Positions 58,162 to 64,000 of a stretch of 64,000 nt of DNA are shown here, one piece after another (within the stretch, counting starts at the first letter, position 1; every line of letters starts with the position of its first letter). Below the pieces are notes generated by a model. That model was not told where the DNA came from. It saw only the letters and a program-made list of their open reading frames with translations, and ran no database searches. Made by a program: the position numbers and the translations under genes. The stretch spans positions 7,685-71,684 of the forward strand of contig JAXJGV010000056.1 in NCBI GenBank assembly GCA_036300205.1. The letters run 5' to 3'. The stretch is from Oscillospiraceae bacterium (lineage in GTDB: Bacteria; Bacillota; Clostridia; Oscillospirales; Oscillospiraceae).

Positions 58162-59031
58162 ATGAAAGGGCGTGTTGTTGTGAATACGAAGCTTACAACA
58201 CAGGAAAAACTGAAGGATCTGCGAGTGGAACGGCATTTGACTTTGGAGCAGCTTGCGCAGGAGTCCGGTATTTCCAAATCCGCACTGGGCAAGTATGAAT
58301 CCGATGATTTCAAGGACATCAGCCCCTTCAGCATCGTCACCCTGGCGAAATTCTACGGTGTGTCCACGGACTATCTGTTGGGGCTGACGGAAACAAAAAA
58401 TCACTCAAACACAGACCTGCACGATCTGCATTTGAGTGATGAAATGATTGATCTTTTGAAAAGCGGAAAGCTCAACAACCGCCTGTTGTCTGAGATAGCT
58501 TTGCACAAAGACTTCCAGCGCTTTCTGGTGGACATAGAGATCTTTGTTGACCGGATTGCGGACATGCGTATCAATGACATGAATGCAATTCTGGAAGCCT
58601 CACGGCGGCAGGTGATGGAGAAACATAATCCCGGTGAAAACGATCTGTATATGCGCACTTTGGAGCTGGCACAGGTCAGTGAGGAAAACTACTTTGCCCA
58701 TGTGGTTCACAAGGATATCGACGGCATCATGCAAGATATCCGCAAATCCCACAAGACAGATTCTACCACCGCCGATGCGGAATCTCCCGTGAAAGAGATT
58801 CAAAAGCAGATGGAAACCGCCATGCACTACAAGGGTACCGAGGAAGAAAAGAAGGCCCGTCTGTTCCTCTCCACGCTGGGTATTGACTACGATAAGCTGT
58901 CTCAGGAGGAATTTGTTGCTCTGATTGGTATTTTGAAGAAGTCCGCTCATATGAAAAGTCCCAATAACATGCGGGGAAAAGTAGTTCCGTATCAGGTACA
59001 TGGGAAGGGAAATCGAAAAAAGCATAAGTGA
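58162..59031 (+). CDS. XRE-family regulator
   Basis: KLKDLRVERHLTLEQLA...LGKYE...VSTDYLLG. Confidence 0.9.
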   Translation: MKGRVVVNTKLTTQEKLKDLRVERHLTLEQLAQESGISKSALGKYESDDFKDISPFSIVTLAKFYGVSTDYLLGLTETKNHSNTDLHDLHLSDEMIDLLKSGKLNNRLLSEIALHKDFQRFLVDIEIFVDRIADMRINDMNAILEASRRQVMEKHNPGENDLYMRTLELAQVSEENYFAHVVHKDIDGIMQDIRKSHKTDSTTADAESPVKEIQKQMETAMHYKGTEEEKKARLFLSTLGIDYDKLSQEEFVALIGILKKSAHMKSPNNMRGKVVPYQVHGKGNRKKHK

Positions 59032-59412
59032 CGGAAAATAGAAAAGACATCTGTTTTTCAGGTACCGCAAACTGAGTAACCGTTTTGGCAAGCAGTGTCT
59101 GGGTGCTACCCAGCCTTATTTTGCTTGTTGGGGCGAATCCCCCAATCCCCCAGATCAGCACTGCATGCTGGCTACGCATTTTCAAATGCTGATTTGGCAA
59201 GCCTGATCGATGCACAATTTCGTCTATGGGAAGTAGCGGATACCTCACAAAACCATCAAGGGCGGCGTGTTTCACGCCGCCCTTACAGAGATGCATAGGC
59301 AAAAAATACGGATAGAAATGTCAAATCTCTCTTTCCCATCTCGCAATTCTGGTGTATAATAACTCCATCGAAAGCAATTTTATCATGGGCTACCAGCCGG
59401 AAAGGAATCAGT

Positions 59413-60546
59413 ATGAACTACATCTTAAAGCATTTTGATACGCCGCTGATTTCCTTTTCTGCCCAGAGTGGTGCGGAGCCGGATATTCAAATTCTGTCCG
59501 TAAACGAATCCTGCCGGGAGCTTTTCCCTCTGGATTTGGCGGAAGTCAGTCCTGCCGGTCTGGAATCCTGGATTCGTCACCGAACCATTCCCCGAAACCG
59601 GGCGTATGTGGACAATCTTCTCAGCACCATGGGCCTGAGTCTGAATCGCCCGGTGGATGTGCTGAAGGTCTCCAAAGGACTGAGCCTGAACGATTGCTAC
59701 TGGGTCACAGAAGCGGATTTCTCCGGCAGCTTTGAAAAATTCAATCTCTATGACAATCGGTTCAGCCGCGTGCTGGGGCAGATCGCCTTCACCGGCTTTG
59801 GCAGTTCCGGCTCCATCCTGTCCTCCAGCCCGGAGTTTACCACGGGCGGTATGCTGCCCAAATGCTGGCGCAGAGAGGGCGGCATCATCCGCCTCTACAA
59901 AGGCGGTACCCAGGGTGCCTCCAACACCGGGTTCGAGCCTTACTCCGAGTTCTACGCCTCCCAGATTGCCAAAATTCTGGAAGTCAACGCCATCGACTAT
60001 TCCATTTCCCGCTGGAAGGAGACCCTGTGCTCCACCTGTGAGCTGTTCACCAGCAAAGACATCTCCTTTGTACCTGTGGGGAGAATTGTCCGCAGCGGCG
60101 GTATGAAAGCCGTCCGGGCGTTCTGCGAATCACTGGGCGAGGAGTATGTGCAGGCATTGAACGACATGATCGTTTTTGACGCCGTGATTTTCAATACTGA
60201 CCGGCACTACGGAAATTTCGGTTTCCTGGTGGACAGCCACACCAACCAGATTATCGCCCCTGCTCCGCTGTTTGACCACGGCAATGCACTGCTGAATCTG
60301 GCAGGCGCCGAAGCCCTGAAGAGCAAGGAAAACATTCTGAAGTATTCCAAAACCCAGATGCCCTGCGTGTACGATGATTTCGTAGGGGAAGCCAAAATGG
60401 TCATGACCCATGAGCACAGAAATCATCTGCGCAAGCTCTTGGACTTCCGCTTCAAGCGGCACAGCCGATACAACCTGAGTCCTGAACGACTGGCTCTCGT
60501 GGAGTTTGCCGTGCAGAGCAGAGTCAAGGAACTGTTGGAAGAATAA
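59413..60546 (+). CDS. HipA-like kinase
   Basis: GMLPKCW, LYKGG, SEFYASQI, NTDRHYGNFG, APLFDHG. Confidence 0.85.
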   Translation: MNYILKHFDTPLISFSAQSGAEPDIQILSVNESCRELFPLDLAEVSPAGLESWIRHRTIPRNRAYVDNLLSTMGLSLNRPVDVLKVSKGLSLNDCYWVTEADFSGSFEKFNLYDNRFSRVLGQIAFTGFGSSGSILSSSPEFTTGGMLPKCWRREGGIIRLYKGGTQGASNTGFEPYSEFYASQIAKILEVNAIDYSISRWKETLCSTCELFTSKDISFVPVGRIVRSGGMKAVRAFCESLGEEYVQALNDMIVFDAVIFNTDRHYGNFGFLVDSHTNQIIAPAPLFDHGNALLNLAGAEALKSKENILKYSKTQMPCVYDDFVGEAKMVMTHEHRNHLRKLLDFRFKRHSRYNLSPERLALVEFAVQSRVKELLEE

Positions 60547-60912
60547 CGCAGTGCCCACCGATCAATCCTGACCGGTGGGTGTTTTTCGTCATGTATGTTG
60601 TTCCAGACCTAAAAAAGGCTGATATTTTTCGTATCAGTTCCAATGGCAGCAACTTTTCGTAAATTTCTTACCAATCTTGTTGGTGAAGAAAACATTGTAA
60701 CTTATAGTGAATATTTGAACTAGAAGAAATGGTCTGGCAAAAGTTTTTTTCAGACCATTTTTCGCAAATAATAACACAACTTTATCCGCTTTAACAAGTG
60801 ATCTGCGCGAAAGATATGTTGACTTCTCCTATCACCCTGGCTATAATAAACTTACATGAATTCGTCCGCTCGAAAGGATATAATTACTAAAAGTCAGAAA
60901 GGAGTTGCGCTC

Positions 60913-61509
60913 ATGGATATCCAACACTACAAGGATATATTTGAAGACTATGGCGGCATGATGCGCACAAAGGATCTGGAACAGGAAAAGATCCGATATA
61001 GAAATGTCCAACAGCTTATTGAGGCAGGCTTGGTGGAGAAAGTTCGATACGGTTATTATCAATGGGTTCGTCCCAATGATTTCAGCGAAGCCGGAACCGT
61101 GATCCGCCTGTTCCCCGATGCAATTCTCTGTATGGACACGGCGCTGCGCTATTACGAATATAGTGACCGTACTCCCGGAGATTGGCATCTTGCCGTTAGT
61201 AAAGATTCCGGAAAATCCCGGTTCAATATTGACTATCCTTTTGTAAAGCCATATTATGTGGAACCTTCAGTACTTAAACTGGGACTGACTAAAGGTAATA
61301 TAGATGGACATGAAGTTCGGATTTACGATAAAGACCGTGTGATTTGCGACTGTCTGCGGTATCGCAATAAAATGGATAGAGAGATTTTTAATAAGGCAAT
61401 TCAGAATTATATTACAGACCCAGAAAAGAGCATCCCCAAGCTACTGGAATACGCAGAACCGCTGCGGGTAAAGAAAATTGCGAAAGATTTGATTGGAGTG
61501 TGGCTGTGA
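60913..61509 (+). CDS. abiEi: AbiEi-family antitoxin (type IV TA)
   Basis: KVRYGYY, TAL..Y..SD..P, IYDKDRVICDCLRYRNK. Confidence 0.88.
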   Translation: MDIQHYKDIFEDYGGMMRTKDLEQEKIRYRNVQQLIEAGLVEKVRYGYYQWVRPNDFSEAGTVIRLFPDAILCMDTALRYYEYSDRTPGDWHLAVSKDSGKSRFNIDYPFVKPYYVEPSVLKLGLTKGNIDGHEVRIYDKDRVICDCLRYRNKMDREIFNKAIQNYITDPEKSIPKLLEYAEPLRVKKIAKDLIGVWL

Positions 61510-62498
61510 TGGCAAACGAAGAAAAGAAAGTATGGGGCATCCATACGATGGATGATAATCTGTTCTTGAACAAGAATGTAATTGCCATCGGCTGGAAGGA
61601 ATTTGGAGACTGCAGCAAACTGGAACCCACCAGAGAGGCATACAAGACTCATTTCATCGAGACCTATCCCAATGGCAAAAAGGGGGCCATTGCTACCAGT
61701 GCCGGTATGCTGTACCGGTTCGCTTGTGAGATGCAGATCGGTGACTATGTTGTGTTCCCTTCCAAGATTGACCGTAAGATCAACATTGGTATCGTAGAAA
61801 GCAATTTTATCTATATTCCTGATGCAGATCCGTATGTACAGCAGCGCAAGGTGAAGTGGCTGAAGCATCTGCCCCGTACGGCGTTCTCCCAGGGTGCACT
61901 GTATGAGGTTGGATCTGCCATGTCCTTCTTCCTACTGAAAAACTATGCAGATGAATATCTGCAGGCACTGGACAAGGGTTTCAAGCCTGCTGCAGCAATG
62001 GCGGAAACCGATGAAACTGTAGCAGCCACGGCGGATGATATCATTGAGTCTACAAAGGACTTTATTCTGAAGGAACTGAGCAAAAAACTCAAGGGTTATG
62101 CTCTGGAAGAGTTTGTGGCCGATTTGCTCAATGCTATGGGCTATCGTACGAAGCTGTCTCCACAGGGTGGCGATAGCGGTATTGATATCACCGCATATAA
62201 GGACGAACTGCCTCCCAGAATCGTTGTTCAGGTGAAGAGCCAGGACAGCGACATTAAGGAGACAACTATCCAGTCCTTGAAAGGTGCTATGCGGGAAGGT
62301 GATTACGGCCTGTTTGTAACCCTTTCCAATTACACCAAGAATGCCCAGAAATATCTGGACAATACTCCCATCATCCGTGGCATCAATGGCACGGAACTGG
62401 TGGAGCTGATTCTGAAATACTATGACCAGCTCAGTGAGAAGTATCGCAAAATGATTCCGCTGAAGATGGTGTACATCCCCGTTCCTGTGGAAGAGTAA
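61509..62498 (+). CDS. Mrr-like restriction endonuclease
   Basis: IAIGW...MQIGDYVVFP N-domain; EEFVADLLNAMGY, DSGIDI, VQVKS. Confidence 0.88.
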   Translation: MANEEKKVWGIHTMDDNLFLNKNVIAIGWKEFGDCSKLEPTREAYKTHFIETYPNGKKGAIATSAGMLYRFACEMQIGDYVVFPSKIDRKINIGIVESNFIYIPDADPYVQQRKVKWLKHLPRTAFSQGALYEVGSAMSFFLLKNYADEYLQALDKGFKPAAAMAETDETVAATADDIIESTKDFILKELSKKLKGYALEEFVADLLNAMGYRTKLSPQGGDSGIDITAYKDELPPRIVVQVKSQDSDIKETTIQSLKGAMREGDYGLFVTLSNYTKNAQKYLDNTPIIRGINGTELVELILKYYDQLSEKYRKMIPLKMVYIPVPVEE

Positions 62499-62510
62499 GG
62501 AGATTTGACT

Positions 62511-63407
62511 ATGGCAGATATTGCCGCTTCTGTTCTTGCAAAACTGAAAAACAAGGCTAAGGCTTCCGGTATCAGTTATCAGCAGTGCCTGCAGATGTTC
62601 TTCCAGGAGGAATTCCTGCGGCGACTGGCAGGCTCCAAGTATACCGATAACTTTGTTCTGAAGGGTGGCCTGTTCATCTATACCCTGACCAACTTCGAGA
62701 GTCGGGCAACGGTGGATGTGGACTTCCTGATGCGTGGACTGAACAACGATCTTGCCCGGATGGATGAGATCATTGCTGAGATTCTGTCGGTGGACACCGG
62801 CAATGACTTTGTGACCTTTAAGGCAACGAAGATGGAGCCGATTGCTGTGCAGCGAAAGTACCACGGCATCAGCACTCAGATCACCGGCTATATCAAGAAT
62901 GTCCGTGTGCCATTCAATGTGGATATTGGCGTGGGCGATGTGATCGTCCCCAGCGCCCAACGACGGAATATACAAACCCAGCTGGACGGCTACGAAAAGC
63001 CGGAGATCCTTACATATTCTCTGGAAAGTACCATTGCAGAGAAGTTCGATGCTATCCTCCAGCGTTTTGAACTGACAGGACGTATGAAGGATTTTTACGA
63101 CATTTATTATCTGTCCCGAACCTTCGACTTTGATGGACTGAAACTGCAAACCGCAATTCAGGAAACCCTTCAGAATCGTGGCACAACCTACGAAAAAGAT
63201 AGCTTTGACCGTGTCTTGGCATTGGCAGATGATTCGGATATGCAGACCAAATGGCGTTACTTCCTAAGAACATTGGGCAACCCCGAAATGCCCTTTACAG
63301 AAGTGATCGGCGGTATTCAGCAGTTCCTTTCCCCAATCTGGTATGCAATTACCTCAGAAAATGAACTCACCGTAAACTGGATCGCTTCGCAAACAACATG
63401 GAACTAA
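62511..63407 (+). CDS. abiEii: AbiEii-family nucleotidyltransferase toxin
   Basis: FVLKGG, RATVDVDF, IAEKF, RMKDFYDIY. Confidence 0.93.
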   Translation: MADIAASVLAKLKNKAKASGISYQQCLQMFFQEEFLRRLAGSKYTDNFVLKGGLFIYTLTNFESRATVDVDFLMRGLNNDLARMDEIIAEILSVDTGNDFVTFKATKMEPIAVQRKYHGISTQITGYIKNVRVPFNVDIGVGDVIVPSAQRRNIQTQLDGYEKPEILTYSLESTIAEKFDAILQRFELTGRMKDFYDIYYLSRTFDFDGLKLQTAIQETLQNRGTTYEKDSFDRVLALADDSDMQTKWRYFLRTLGNPEMPFTEVIGGIQQFLSPIWYAITSENELTVNWIASQTTWN

Positions 63408-63420
63408 AAGGAGAAAAAGA

Positions 63421-64000
63421 ATGATTACCGGAACGATCAAGAATAAAGTAGATAAAATCTGGACAGATATTTGGGCAGGTGGAATTACCAACCCTCTGAC
63501 TGTTATTGAACAGCTGACTTACCTGATGTTCATTCGGAGTCTGGACGAAAAGGAACTGGAAACCGAAGGCTTTGAGCATATGACCGGAGAGAAGCTGCTG
63601 AAAATTTTCCCTCAGAGCGAAGCGGGGCAGTCCATGCGTTGGAGTAAGTTCAAAAACATGGATCCCCGGTATATCTATGACATCATGGCACAGCGGGTGT
63701 TTCCTGCAATAAAGAATTTGAAGTATGGCCGTCTGCCGGATTTTGATGAGCAGAACAATCTGATCGAGATTCCCGATGATGAGAATGATGAAGGTGCAGC
63801 AGAAACTGCCTTCGCCCGATACATGAACGACGCCATGTTCCTGATCCCCACGCCTCAGGTGCTGCAGAAGATCATCACCGGACTGGAAGATCTTTACGAG
63901 CATGATATCTCCGACCGGGATATGCAGGGCGATCTGTACGAGTACATGCTGGGCAAGCTGGCAACCGCCGGTCAGAACGGTCAGTTCCGTACCCCCAAGC
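63421..64000 (+). CDS. hsdM: Type I RM methyltransferase subunit (runs off right edge; not in ORF track)
   Basis: MITGTIKNKVDKIW...NPLTVIEQLTYLMF...GDLYEYMLGKLATAGQNGQFRTP. Confidence 0.93.
   Translation, partial: MITGTIKNKVDKIWTDIWAGGITNPLTVIEQLTYLMFIRSLDEKELETEGFEHMTGEKLLKIFPQSEAGQSMRWSKFKNMDPRYIYDIMAQRVFPAIKNLKYGRLPDFDEQNNLIEIPDDENDEGAAETAFARYMNDAMFLIPTPQVLQKIITGLEDLYEHDISDRDMQGDLYEYMLGKLATAGQNGQFRTPK

Larger units (their letters stand above)
51841..64000. mobile_element. sigK-intervening element 2 (extends beyond window)
   Basis: sigK similarity stops at KKYY exactly where a second serine recombinase ends; primase, ParB and defence genes follow. Confidence 0.85.

Overview
High-GC Clostridia-type DNA, probably Oscillospiraceae-like (an inference from gene content), made mostly of integrated elements. 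(1) 1-~19790: part of an HK97-type prophage (portal, terminase, HNH, MTase, PemK, ParAB, HUH Rep, genetic switch, serine integrase) inserted at the 3' end of tRNA-fMet. It carries two hammerhead-like RNAs and a candidate antisense RNA upstream of rep. (2) ~20000-31000: host genes (mgtC-like, azlCD, isomerase, Wzx/Wzy polysaccharide cluster). (3) 31106 to beyond 64000: the sporulation sigma factor gene sigK is split into at least three pieces by TWO tandem intervening elements, each with its own large serine recombinase. Element 1 is complete (20,243 bp, AAATG core, 28-bp inverted arms). It is a mobilisable element (MobQ relaxase, oriT, RepA_N, DnaC-like) carrying a sortase pilus locus. Its excision restores ...RCVENEILMHFR in frame and, on the circle, removes the recombinase stop codon, fusing the recombinase to a 204-aa double-HTH extension. 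Element 2 (51841 to beyond the edge) carries a primase and a defence cluster (HipA-like kinase, AbiEi-Mrr-AbiEii, type I RM). The sigK 5' piece is predicted to lie outside the window. All calls come from reading motifs by eye; no searches were run.
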